Shown here piece by piece: positions 13,390-26,700 of a stretch of DNA of 64,000 nucleotides (its first letter is position 1; each line of letters opens with the position of its first letter). A model generated the notes under the pieces. It ran no database searches. It saw only the letters and a list, made by a program, of their open reading frames with translations, and was not told the origin of the DNA. The DNA is from Pseudovirgaria hyperparasitica (taxonomy: Eukaryota). The stretch lies in assembly GCA_010093815.1 (NCBI GenBank), contig ML996590.1; one strand, written 5' to 3'. A program made the translations under genes and the position numbers.

Positions 13390-16300
13390 CTATGTCTCTT
13401 TCACCTTCTTCCTTTTAGGCGGCCGTCCTTAGCGCCGAACTATACTAAAAAACGTTAAATCGCCGTACTTTGGTATAATTCTCTGCGATTCCGTGGCTTC
13501 CTTTACTAATCGCTACTTATATACTAATATCGCTGCTTTACTAATGTTTATTATAGGTTCCTAAGTATCTTTATTAGGATTATATTCTTTCTAACGAATT
13601 TTATATAGCCACGTGCCATCTTCGGCGTGTTACTAGCTAAGTATCTACTTAACTTTATAGATATCTATACCTTCTTACGTAACTACTTTATATAGTATCT
13701 ATTCGGAACGATCCGGTAATAATAAGGCATGAAATGGCTCGAGAAGCGTAATATAGAATATATTATACATCTTTAACGTAGGAGGGAGTTATAACTCGTA
13801 CGCCTGGTTATTAATTACACGAGTAATCTTATATAGACCTATTATCATATAGTTAAGCTTCTTCTTTAGCCTAATACTACGAATATTCTTACTATTTAGT
13901 AAAACTTTATCCCTAACATTAAAGATTATAGGTTTTCTACCCTTATTATAGTGCGATTTACTATAATTCGTAGTATCTTATAGTAACTTTATAACGCTTC
14001 TTTACGTTTAGAATAGTTCTATAGTAATTTCTATTACTTTAACGTTAGGTCGTTCTACTTTAAACTAAGTCCCTAAGAACTACGTATTATGGTTCCGACC
14101 GAAGTTTACTTTAAACGGACTTACGTGGGTTAACGTATGTCGGCTATTATTATACGCGAATTCCGCGATATAGACTAACCTTACCTAGTTATCCTACTTA
14201 TAGTTATAATATACGCGTAAATACGCCTCGACTATCTAATTCTACCGCTCCGTCTATCTATCTATTTATAGGTAGAACGTAGTACTAAGTTTCCGCTTAA
14301 TTCCTAGTGTATAGTAGAAATCCTTCTAAAATTTAGACGTTATCTACGGACCTCTATCCGAAACTATACTATTTAGTATACTATAGAGCCGGACTAGGTT
14401 ACGGAGTAGTATATCTATAAGATCCGGTGCTTAGATCGTCTTTCTTATAGGGATATAGTATAATATCTTCGTAAATCTATCTAGAACTACGAGTAAACTA
14501 TTATAAATATACCTAGAATACTTACTTAGGGGTAGATCTATGATAAAATCCATTAATAATTCCTTCTATACCTCCTTTAGCATAGGTAATAGCCTTAATT
14601 CGCTATATAGTAAGTGTCTATATACTTTTGTATGCTGGTAAACGTTATATATTTTTACGTAGTCTTTTATATATTTATAAAAACCCGGCTAGTCGTACGT
14701 CCTTCGGATTAAATCGACCGTCCTTATAACGCCGAAGTGCCCTACTAACGCGTAATCGTGCTATTCCCTTAAAACATCGATTCGTAAGCCGCCTTCCGGT
14801 ATATAGAGTCGGCCTTAGAAGTAGATCGCGTCTAATCGTCGTTCCTACCTTAATAACTATAGCGGATCTATAGCGCTTCCTTTCATGCTTATAACTTTCT
14901 TTACTAATATATCGGAATTCTAGGTAGATTTAATTAAGTCTTCGAGGGTTTTCTTAGTTTCTTAGACGTTTATTTAGATTACTTAATACCCGCTCTAATT
15001 CCTGCGGAGAATCGCCGAAAGTATCCTAGCTTCTAGTATTCTATTAGATAACTAGTCTTATAGTATCTAAAGTATAGTATAGTCTAAATTACACCAACTA
15101 TCTACATCATTCTATAACGATTTCTTATAATCTTTACGCCGCGATAGAGGATTAGCTTTATTCTCTCTTCTAGCTTTATATAAGATTTTAAAGTTAAATA
15201 TTAATATCCACTTAGCCTAACGTACTTATCAGCGATTAAGGACCTTAGTCGATATAAAGTAATATAGATTTACGTGATCTAATAATAATTCGATCTAATA
15301 TATAGAGCCTTCTAAATAATATCGCTATTACTTAAAACTCTTAACGATTACGAGTAGTTCCTAGTTATACGTATTATAACGCGTCTCTATATCCGCCATT
15401 TTATAGGAAAAGAAAGCGACCGGGTGCTATTACACCTTGTCTTTCGTATCTTTATACGGTTAACTTATAATTCTAGTAATTATAAATTCTAACGCGTTAG
15501 TTTTAACCTAAATATACTTCTTAGAATCGAAATGCCTAAGAATCGGCGTAGTTATAAAGTAATTCTTTAACGATCGGAACGTATCTCGTGCTTCCAGCGT
15601 TAACTATATCTTAACCGACTTAGCTTTACGCTATACTCGCCCATCTATAGGGATTTTACCGCCATTCTCTATGAGTTTATTAAGCGGCGCCGCAATTCGT
15701 AAGAAGTAGTAGTAGGTTCTAGCTATTCCATAATAGTCTTTACACGCTCCGGCTCCATTTTTAGGCCGCCATGTGTTATAATAAAGCCGAGAAACCTAAC
15801 TTCTTGTTAGTGAAACTCGCATTTAGATAATTTTACGTAGAGTTTATACTACCTTAGACGATTTAGCACTGATTTCACGTGTTCTTTATAATTCTATATG
15901 CTATCGGAGTAAATTAGTATATTATCGAGATAAACTACGTAAATCACGTTAAGTAATCCTACGAGTATAGTGTTAATATATCCTTAAAACGCTCCTAGCA
16001 CATTTATTAGCCCGAATAGTATAATAGTATACTTAAAATAACTATATCTAGTCCGAAATGCGGTTTTCCACTTATCTCCACGACGAATTCGAAGCTAGTA
16101 ATATATATCTCGTAAATCTAGCTTCGTAAAGTACTTTACCTTCGTTAATTAGTCTAAAGATTTACTAACTAGCGGTAATAGGTGACTATTCTTCTTAGTT
16201 ACTGTATTTAGTACCTAATAGTCAACGTATAGATATAAACTTCCGTCTTTCTTCTTTATAAAGAGAATAGGTGCGCCGGCCGATAACGTACTACGACGTA

Positions 16301-18400
16301 TCTAGCCTCTTTTAAGGTATTCTTTAATGTATTTACGAAGAACTTTGAGTTCTAGTCTCGAAAGTAGGTAAAGTAGACTATAAGGGACGTCTACTCCCTC
16401 TTTAAGTACGATCTTTAGCTTATGCGGCCCGTGATTAGGGAGAAGTAATGCATCTCCTACCGAAAATATATCCGTATACTACGAATATACGTCGGGTAGC
16501 GTATCTTCGCCCCGATTATTACTATCGTCCTCGTCTTTATTAACGATTAATAAGAATATAAGATAGATTAGCGACGATCGGGTCCGTATGGTAAGGTTCC
16601 ATGCCTTCTTACTAATAGTTACGACTTACTAGTATAATTTACCATAGTACTATCGGAACGTTAATATCTCCTTCTAAAAATTAAGGATGGGGTTTAGGCG
16701 TCTAAGCTAAGGCATCCCTAGAATTATATTCTATTAGCTAATATTAGCCACGATAAATTCATTAGACATCTACTATTTTATTATCTTCGAGTCATGAACT
16801 TCGTAATTCGTTATAGCTTTACCCAAAGTTCTAACTTTATATCTATTAACTACGATAGTTCGGCTAACTTTACCAAGATCGTACGATAATCTATACTCCT
16901 TTATAAGAATCGACGAAATATAGTTATCTTCTATACTAGTGTCTATAAGGGCCTATATAGTTTTATTACCATTTACTATAGGTAACGATACTTTTAGTAA
17001 TATTAGGTCTTTACTCGCCGGAAGGCGCTACGGCTCCTTCTAAGTATATATAATTTAGCTAAGGACGCGGTTAGATCTCGTGTACTAGCCTATTCTTTTT
17101 TTAGATTCTTATAGTTAGGTAAAATATATCCTATTTCTCTATACTTATAGTAACGAAGTACGCTATAATCCTACTATTTTATGATAGGCGTTATATTTAA
17201 GCCTATGCCTTATCCTTTTCCGCGTTAAGAAGCACCGCCTTAATTGTTTCGGTATCCTCTTAACGCGTTTCTACCCCGATTTACGCTCTTCTAGCGCTAA
17301 TCGCGGTAAGGTTACTCTTAATCGAACGTATTCGATTGACCTCGTTTCTAACCCATATAGGGTTCGTCAGTTTTACCTAGAGAGCCGCGTTCCTTAAGGA
17401 TGCGGTAGTATTTATTAGCTTTCTCCTCTAATTCGTGTAGATAGTTAAAACTTAATAATACTATTCCTAGTCTTTCGCGGATTAACGGAAGTAGTACTTC
17501 GCGAAACTAGAATATATGAATATTTTCCTATAGCGTAGGGATATTATCCTATAGGTTTTAGAGGTATTATAGTAGTTAAGTAGGTGTCTAGTTCGGTCGT
17601 TATGCCACGCTTCTTAACTTAGATAGTACCTTTCTTTTACGTTCTCTATCCGTTCCGAGGGTGTTTAGTATAAATATAGCTAAATATTCCTAGGTTATCG
17701 TAGATAGTAGCTATACTTCCTTCTATCTATCCTATTAATCGCGGGATTATAAGTCTAGGTATCGTTCTCCGAACGAAATGCGTTATACTTTAGTAGAAAA
17801 GAGTAGAGGGTTATCGAGGAAGTACTTTTCGCAGTCTCTCTTCTAGTCTTTCTACTCCTTTTAGTTCTTCCCTATAAATATAGTCGGGTCTTTAGGTTTC
17901 GGCATACCTAGAGAAGGAGTAGGGTAAATCGGTAACGAAGCGGCTGGGTATACGGTAGATTATCGTAACTCTAATAGTAGGTAAACTAATTCCGCCTAAA
18001 TTAGTATAGGAAGTCGTCCACCTACTATCGTTCGGCGTAGTTCTTTAAGAGACTCCTTAAGTTCTCGTCTCTTTGCGAGGAGTTTCGCGCGTTCTATCTA
18101 TTCTTTAAGGGTTTGAATCTCTTAAGCCTAATTCATGATGTATTCCTAAAGTTCGGCGATGGTTTATTATAATATCTTACGTGGCTCCGCCACGACTCGT
18201 TATCCGGCTTTATATTATTAGAAGTTACTCGGCGTATCTACCATTTCTTCGTCTAAAAGCTCCGTGATTTAGTCTAATATTTCCACTTCTCGGTTAGAAA
18301 CGGCCGGGATTAATGCCGATTATAGAGGATCCCTATTATTTAATATAGTGTTACTTATCCCTATAGTGGATCGTGTCGACCTTCTCGGTTCTAGTTAGAC
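13390..18400 (-). pseudogene. gag-pol of family A copy 2 (RIP-inactivated; ends approximate)
   Basis: Gag knuckle ~17100-17160, protease LIDTG-like ~16940, RT ~15750-16400, RNaseH, integrase, chromodomain ~13520-13700. Confidence 0.85.
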
Positions 18401-18437
18401 TATCTTAACTATAGTACTATATAGGGAGTAATTTGAA

Positions 18438-18665
18438 TATAAGAATAGGGTTATTAGATAGTAGTATAGTTAGATAGAATAATAGGGTGTATTCTATTAT
18501 AGAACGAATTACTACCGAACCCTTTTGGTAGGAATCCGAGAGTATATACATAAAGGGACGCCGATCTATCTAGCACGTGACTGTTTACCGCCCTTCACGT
18601 TACCTTCTAACCCTGTTAGCTAAGGTACGTGTAGGTCGGGTCCTGCCTAAGGCTAAGTTCTAATA
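18438..18665 (-). repeat. 5' LTR of family A copy 2
   Basis: Direct repeat of 10383-10610; adjacent to the gag start. Confidence 0.93.
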
Positions 18666-19692
18666 TAGAGATACTAATTTCTAGAATCTCTATATCTAAG
18701 TACTAGTTTAATATATCTAAGTACTAGTTTAAACAACTACTAGAATAAAATAAATAGAAGAATAAATTCTATAATATAGAAGACTTCTAAATGAAAGAAG
18801 CTACTACTATAGAAACTAAACTAATTATTAAAACTAATAAAGTTACTACTACTATCGATACTACTACCAAAACTATTTTAGCTACTTCTATAATTATTAT
18901 TATAGCTCTAGAACCGGTAGTTACTATAATTAGAAGCTAATTAACTAATACTTACTTAACTTAGCTATAAGAATTATAGACGTAGGATAGTAGTCTAACA
19001 GGTTATAGGAGGATTCGGGAATATATTTAAAAGGGTAGTCTACTCTTCTAACGAGGTTAATTCCTAAAGAGTAGAAATTAAGTATATACGGCCTACTTAT
19101 ATAGTAGTCTCGCTTATTCTAGCTGGCTTAACCTAGGTCCACCTATTACGGACCGTACTAGACCATAGTAGTCTAGTTAAGTCTATCCTAGTATTAGCCC
19201 TAATAATATCCTTCTTCTTTTTATACTTCGCCCCGAAGTACTTAGCTATATATAAATCTATAATTCTATAAGCTTTATATTTATACGCGCATCTAATTAA
19301 ATCTATATAATATTATTAATAGTCTTTATATTAGTAAACTTAAGCTCTAGTTTACTTTTATTTATATACGCGCTTATCCCTTACTTTATAGCTACTACCT
19401 TAGAGATAGCTCCGTGGGTTATATAACCGCTATATTAACTAAGCTTATATTTAGTTCTCTTATTCTAAATTTTCTTCTCTAGTATATCTACCTTACTCTT
19501 AAGGTAAGTCGTTAATTTATATACTATCTTCTTTAGTTTAGATCCATTCGGGTCTAGAGTAGTCTATTTTTATTAGAGCTGGTCCTATATAATCTATTCG
19601 TGTTATTATAGTTACTAATTTAGCTTCTTTAATTACCTTTAAGACTAAACGAGTATTCTACTCTTAGATCTCTAGCTAATATATATATATAG

Positions 19693-20997
19693 ATATCTAA
19701 TACTAGTTCTATTCCTAAGCCTACCTCCTCCTCTTATAAGACTTACTCTAAAGAGATTATCTCTACCCCGGCTATACCGGCTAAAAAATCTACTTATTAT
19801 AGTAGTATAAAGGCGCGCTCTAAGTTAGAGAAGAAGGTAGCTAAGGCTACTACTACTATTACTACTAACGTAGCCACTAGTCGCTCTAATCTAGATAATT
19901 CTAGTACTAGTATTGCGGAAGAGATAGCTATAAAGCCTATCTATACCTACTCACGCTATCTATCTACTCTACCTTCTTTAGAGGATAAAGAAGATCTTAT
20001 TATAGATAATAATCGAGAGTTTACGTCTTCGCCGCCTTACTCTAAACGCCGTTCCTCTTTTCGGTCTAATATAGACTAACTTAGTCGCTCTAGGTCCTTT
20101 TAGGACCTTAATATTCGCTCTAAACCTAGCCCTAGTAATAATAAGGCCTAGGTCGCTAAAGATACTAAACGTAGTTACGGTTTACGCTATAGGAAAATAG
20201 CGAACTACGGTTCGATATACTTTAAGTATATTTAGGCTTATACTACTAGCTCTAAATATCTCTTCCGCTCTAACTCTAGTATTAGCTACTACTCTACTAA
20301 CCGCGACGGGCCTATATACCTAATCTTTAAGCTCCCTACCCGCTACTACCGCTATACTATCCTTAGTAAAGTTTATCTTTAGGTAAGTCTATTAGACTAT
20401 TTTAGTCTAGGGTAATCTAAAGTTATCTATACTAATATATTTTTAGGTTTCTATTTATATATAAGATATATATAACGATCTTCGTGTCCGTAAGACTCTC
20501 GGCGGTTCTAGTAGTTATCTAGCTTCTATATATAGGGAGTTTAGAGAGCGCTATAAGTTCTTTCTAGAGGTTATTAAAGTATAAGTTTAGAAACCGTTAA
20601 TTATTATTAACCTTAGCTTATAATTTTTAGTCGCCGCGAGATTCCTAGCACTTAGGCTACCTATTCTAGGGAGTCGGTTTTAGCTACTAAGGCCGTAGAA
20701 GAGATTCGTACTATTTCTTTCTACCCGCCTTATACTACTAACGGGTCTTATAAGAGATCTACTAGTTCTCCTTCTAAGTTACCTTATAAGAGGGTATATA
20801 TTCTATTCTAGATTATTCTAGACCGCGTTAGCTAACTTTAGGTCTAGTCGCTCCGCTCTAGCGCTTAGTTATTGTCTTACTAGGCTCTAACTAAGCGCGT
20901 GGTTACTCTAGAGAATAAGGTCTCTAACCTCCGTCGCTCTATTACTTAGTTAGTTCGTTTACCATACTCTAAGAGTAATAATAAGATAGAGGAGTAG
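19693..20997 (+). pseudogene. Antisense four-exon accessory gene in Gypsy B copy 1 (basic N-terminus, Zn-cluster-like Cys motif, coiled coil)
   Basis: Introns 20383-20446, 20581-20630 (donor RIP-mutated GTAAGT->ATAAGT) and 20794-20841 (GCTAAC branch) give a continuous ~380-codon frame. De-RIP reading CFKC...C...RCYRCTVLGKVCLQ. Confidence 0.72.
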
Positions 20998-23703
20998 CTC
21001 TATAGCTCTATTTACTAGGGTTTCTATATAGTATATATTAGCTCTATCTACCTAGTTTCTATCTATTTTAGTCCTTTTTAGACCGTTTAGATATCTATCT
21101 ACTAGTTTTCTAGTAATTTAATTCTTAACTTAATAATATTATATACGTTCTTATTTATTCTATAACTATTAAATTTTAGGTTCTAATTTCCTTTAAGTTA
21201 CTTAAGTATAGGTATTATATATAAATTAGTTTATCTCTCTAAATTATATTAGAGTACCCGAACTAGTAGCCTAGTAGTTATTAGTTCGGGTACCCTAACT
21301 TTTTATATTATATATTACGAGTTTAATTCCGTAGTAGGGTACCTTTTTAGTTTCTTAGTTCTATATTCTTCTCGTGGATAATAGTCTATATTAGTCTATT
21401 CTAGACTTCTCTATATTATTCTATTATAATATATCGCGTCGCGTATCTATAACGGTTATTTACGTTTTCTTCGCGTTTAGTAACCGTACATCGCTTGAAT
21501 TATAGGGCTACCTTATAGAGTTTTCCTAGTATACGTTTAGGATTTATAATTCGATACTTTGTTCTCTATAGTATCCTTCTTCTTTTTATAACGGCCCTAA
21601 TAGCGCTAGGTTTACGGTAGTAACGTATTATCCTATAACCTCTATTTATATATAGCTATCACGGTACTTAAGATATATACTATAGGTTCCTAGGTATTCT
21701 TATCCTTGGTGTAGTTCTTCTAACGGATTCGATACTTTTAGACACCGTTCTTATTAAGTCTATGTTCGATAATATAGTCTACTTTATATACGTCTAGTCT
21801 ATCTTAGGGTATAATACAGTATAATTATACATTTATACGTTTATATATATTAGGTCGAAACCTTTCAAGTAATATAACGTGGAACATATTATAGACTTTT
21901 ATATTATTTCCTAGGTCGAGCTCGTAGACTCTTATACTAATATAACGTTTGATTTAGAAGGGACTAGCCATTTTATAATTAAGCTTTTTATTTACTTATA
22001 ACATTTATATATTATAGATATTAAGAAGGACTTCGTCTTCCTTCTCGTACGCTTAATCTTTAACTAATCTATTATAGTACTTTATATATAACTTATTTAC
22101 TTACTAGATTATTACGCGATAGTTATATATAGTTTTAAAGATTTTAATTACTAGTTCCTACGCGTAGACGTTAACATCTATCGTTTAGTCGAACTAGACC
22201 GTATAAGGTTCGAAATCTATCCTTAGACTATATCCTAGGTTCGCCTAGAAGAGCGTGACACCTATTATACTATAACGACTATTATTATACGCGAATTCTA
22301 CTATACTTAGTAGAGAGGCCTAGTCGTCTTATTTAAAATTATAGAATATATGAAGGTAGGCCTTGAGCGTTTAGTTCTATCGCTCTATCTAACCATCTAT
22401 TTATAGATAGAATACTATTAACATATTTCTATTTATACCGGCTATTTCGTAGAATAACATCTAGAATTTAGACATGAATATACTCCCTTAGTCTATAACG
22501 ATCCTTTTCGGTATACTATAGACCTTAATAATCTTATTCTAGAATACTTATGCTAGTTCTTTTAATATAATTATCTTCTATATAGGGACGTACCTAGATA
22601 TCTTTATAAGTCTATCTACGATAATAAGAATTAAATTATAACTTATTCTAAGTATCTTACTTAGAGGTAAGTTAACTATAAAATCTATAGTAATATCTTC
22701 CTATATAAAGAGGGGGACTAGTAGAGACTATAAGTTCCTATATAGCTTATATCTAGGTGCCTTTATTCTTTAATAAATTAGATAAGTAGCTATCTATTCT
22801 TCGATATACTTAGATATATCTTTCTAAAAATAGTACTAACGAATCGAGCTTAGGGTGCGTATATACCCGAAATATTCTACTAGGTTAGCGTTATGGTATC
22901 GGCTAACTATAGTAAATCATGCGTTACCTATCGGTATATAGTACTTTCTATTATAGTAGAGCAAGCCGTCCACGAAGGTCTACTTATAGTCTACTTCGGT
23001 CTATAAGAATCTATCTTACTATATTTTATATAACTTTAAAACTATTAGGTCTATCTTTTATAGATCCGCGATTAACTAGGCGAGCTCTACTTAATATACA
23101 CGCTAGGCACTATCGCCCTCCCTAATAGCGCCGATAAATGGCTTACTAGGGACTTTAGTACCGTGTCTTTAGTTACTAGCTTCGGTCTTATAAATTTAAT
23201 TACTAGTATCGGCGTTAGTATCTCGCTAATTATTAGATAACTTATTATCTAACCTCGTCCTTAAGAGTTAGATCTATAGCTACTCTAGGACCCTATAGCT
23301 ACTATAATCCTAGGCGCCTTCTTTATAGTTAGGTCTTCTTAATATTCTATTAGCTAGGTTTATACTTCTAGGTCGATAGTAGATTATAAAGTAGAAATTT
23401 ATAAGCTACTTAGCCTATTAAACCTATTAACGATTTAAAACCGTTATACTTATAAACCATATTAGAAAAAAAACTTCTTACACCCCAACGGACTAAACTA
23501 GTTAATTCGGGGTAAAATAGCGATTTATATACATTAAACGATAGAGTACACCGAGTATAATAACCTCCGACACACGTATATACGTATAGTATATAATACG
23601 CGACGATACTAACGTGTAGAGATACTATATATATATACTTAAAGACTCTTCGATAACATGAGTATAGACTATATCTAATAAACGCCGACACGCCGACCCT
23701 CTT

Positions 23704-23734
23704 TTATTAGTTAAGGGCTACCCTTAACTAATAA
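23704..23734. repeat. 31-bp palindrome upstream of LINE ORF1
   Basis: Read directly; followed by CCATAGCG (RIP of CCATGGCG start context). Confidence 0.95.
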
Positions 23735-26700
23735 CCATAGCGGCTTTAGGTATCGTAATACCCCGGTAGACGCTAGATATACCCCCACTAGTACGGTAGA
23801 AACGGCTATATAGCAATATTAATGTGGATAGCTAGACACCTATCTAAAATATAGGAACTAACTAAGGGTGCGAAGCGCTATAGATAACCTAGACTAAGGG
23901 GACCCTAAGAGGGGAGACCCTTCTAGATAAAATTAAATACTAGGTAATACGTATAGAGAGGGACGCCGAGAAGGGAAAGAAGACCCTCCTTTATATATTC
24001 TAGGACCTTATCTAGAACCTAAGAGGAATTATAGAGGAAGAAAGGAAGTCGCTATAAGAGGAACCTAGTAGTAGACTTAACCGAATGGAAGCCAGCCTAC
24101 GGAGAATCTAGGAAGAGCTATTCTAAGGTAAGCGCTATAATACGTAGGCTTAGATTATAGTAACACCCGGAGCTACTATACTAAGGACTACTAGAACCAT
24201 AGATAGAGCATATAGTATACGTATCGTAATCTAGGATAAGGACATGCTAGCGTAGGTCTAATAGGCATCCCTAAAGGAAATTATAAATAAGATTAATAAA
24301 TAGAAAGGAATGTAGTCGAGCGTCGTGGCTACTAAAGTTACGCTAGGTAGAGTAGTACTTACTACTATAACGAATACTACGTAGTAAAACATCTCGTAAG
24401 ATCCGAATATAATAGGTAGTATCTTCCCCGGCGCGTCTATTAGGGTAGCTATATACCCGATTATAGTATATATAGTATCTATACGGGGATAGGCTATCGG
24501 AGCGGAGGATATTACGCGTATAGAATAATCTAATATACAAAAATACCTAGGGATTAAGATTGTAAAAGCGTGGTAGAAGAACCCATAGACGATTAAGACG
24601 ACGGTGAAAAAACACTCTACTATAATTATAGAGCTCTAAGACCCCGCCCTTATATAACGCATTATATAGAAGGGATTCCTAGTAGAAGGAGAGCTCCTTA
24701 TAGCCGAGCTATAGAATAGGGCATGGGTAATAATATAGTACTTTAACTATTAAGGGTATAGACATACTATATAAAGGTACTTATAGAAGACTAAGTATAG
24801 ATAGTACCGTGGGGACCACGCTATCTAGAAGTACTCTTATAAACCGCGAGGAGACGGACTAAGAAACAGGGATATAGTATAGTATTTAAACTATGACGGG
24901 AAACACCCGTTATGGTTATTAACGTGTATAAAACGTAAATAGATTATAGAATATATTCGCACGATAAAAGCGAGAGGCGCGAGATAGTTATAGAATATAA
25001 TACCTACTACGGGCCCTTCCTTTATAATACCCCTAACCTCCCCTCTAGAAGGTAGTTAGATAGAATAGTAGACTATCCCGAAGACGATAGGACAACTAAA
25101 AGGCATAGTTAAGGCCGCTGCCGCGCGAGGATAGTCGCGCCTCTAAGGAATAAGTATATAGGTATATATACTCCCTAGTATCTAATAAGGGACTAGAATA
25201 TACTCCGAATTATATAGATAAACATATAATATAAAAGGGAGAACTAGGCGACGCTCCTCGAAGAGACTAGGGCTATAATACTCGCTATCTAGGAACCCTA
25301 TAAATACTACTAGACAAGTAAACCAACTATACACCCCGGATACTATACTATACACCCTCTAGGACTAAAAAGACGAGTCCTCTTCTATATTTATAGGTTA
25401 ATACTACTCTTATTATAGTCGTATACCAAGCGCGATAACCTTAGGATAATACTATACCTATAAATAGATATAGGCCCCCTATATATATATAATATATATA
25501 ACTAATAACGTATACTTATACTAGACGAGATGCTCGAGGGTACTACGGAACTAGGGTAATATAACCTCCTAGGAGACTTTAACCTCTACTACTAATAGTA
25601 GGGAGGCCTAGCCGTAGTAAGGGAAGAACTTAGAGTAAGGGAACTACGTACCCGCTACCACGACTTCCTATATCTACTTACACCTATAGAATAAGTTATA
25701 TAGAAAAAATATAAATAGGACGAAGACGGGTCTACGCTTAACCTTACCTTCGCTACGGAGTATATTAGTTACTAGATCTAATACTACCGCCTAAGCTAGG
25801 TATAGATGGATTCCGACTATAAATATATAGAAACCGTAATAAACGTATATACCCCGAATGAATAACGGGGATAATAGATATAGAAGGATACTAACTAGGA
25901 AAAGTACCTAAAGGACCTAGAATCGGCGATCCTAGATCCCTCTATAGTCGATATATCTAATAACCTAGCCATAGACTAGGCCGTATAGATACTCCTATAA
26001 ATATACTAGAATACGAGAAATAAACACGTGCTATACTAAATATACCGGCCCCCGGAAGTAAAGGGGATTCCTCGAGTATAGGAAAGTAGATAAGACGCCT
26101 AAAGGCTATATAGACGCGTATACTATACGAGAATACCCGAGTCGTAGAAAGAATAGAAGGAAGTAATATAATAACGTGATAAAGTCCTCTATAATAAAAG
26201 GCGTAAATAGTAGCGTATAATTACTAGTTAATAGACACGATACGTAATAGAGCTATGGCGTATAGCGAAATGGGCTAAGGGTATAGATACTCCGACACCC
26301 CCGCTACTTATGCCTCCCCTAATATATTAGCGGAGAATATACTCTACGGGCCTTAAGAAAACTAAGGCCCTATAGAAGGCCATGTTCCCTCTTCTAGAAC
26401 TAGTAGACCTATTAGATATTTATGGCGCCGAATATCTATATATAGTAGATATCCCCGAAGGAGTTACGGAGAAGGATATACTTAATATTATTAAGATACT
26501 CCCAAATAATAAAGTACCTAGACTAGATAGAATTCTAAATCGATACCTAAAAAGTACTATAAAAGTAACCCTACCACTTATTACTTATATATTCTAAGCA
26601 TACGTCACGTAGGGGTACCACCCCTAGAGCTTCTAAGTCGTCTATACTATTATACTCCCGAAACTAGGAAAGAGCCCTAACTCCCTAAAGGGATAGAGAC

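Larger units (their letters stand above)
10383..18665 (-). mobile_element. Ty3/Gypsy chromovirus family A, copy 2, full length with both LTRs
   Basis: 228-bp direct LTRs; TSD CAGAG (10378-10382)/TAGAG (18666-18670); PPT at 10611-10626 on the minus strand; gag-PR-RT-RH-INT-chromodomain (YKIRWKxYNPDEDTWEP-like) on minus. Confidence 0.93.

Noticed and set aside
22919..23125. 68-aa ORF
   Set aside because: Antisense to the family B integrase region.
21432..23400. Apparent second + strand antisense ORF in family B
   Set aside because: The codon pattern is the mirror of the minus-strand integrase frame.
23410..23691. 93-aa minus-strand ORF
   Set aside because: Chimeric: spans the LINE 5' UTR/Gypsy B junction.
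24343..24540. 65-aa minus-strand ORF
   Set aside because: Antisense to LINE ORF1.
26382..26597. 71-aa ORF
   Set aside because: A stop-free remnant of LINE ORF2 (RT N-terminal KxPGxDxI region), not a separate gene.
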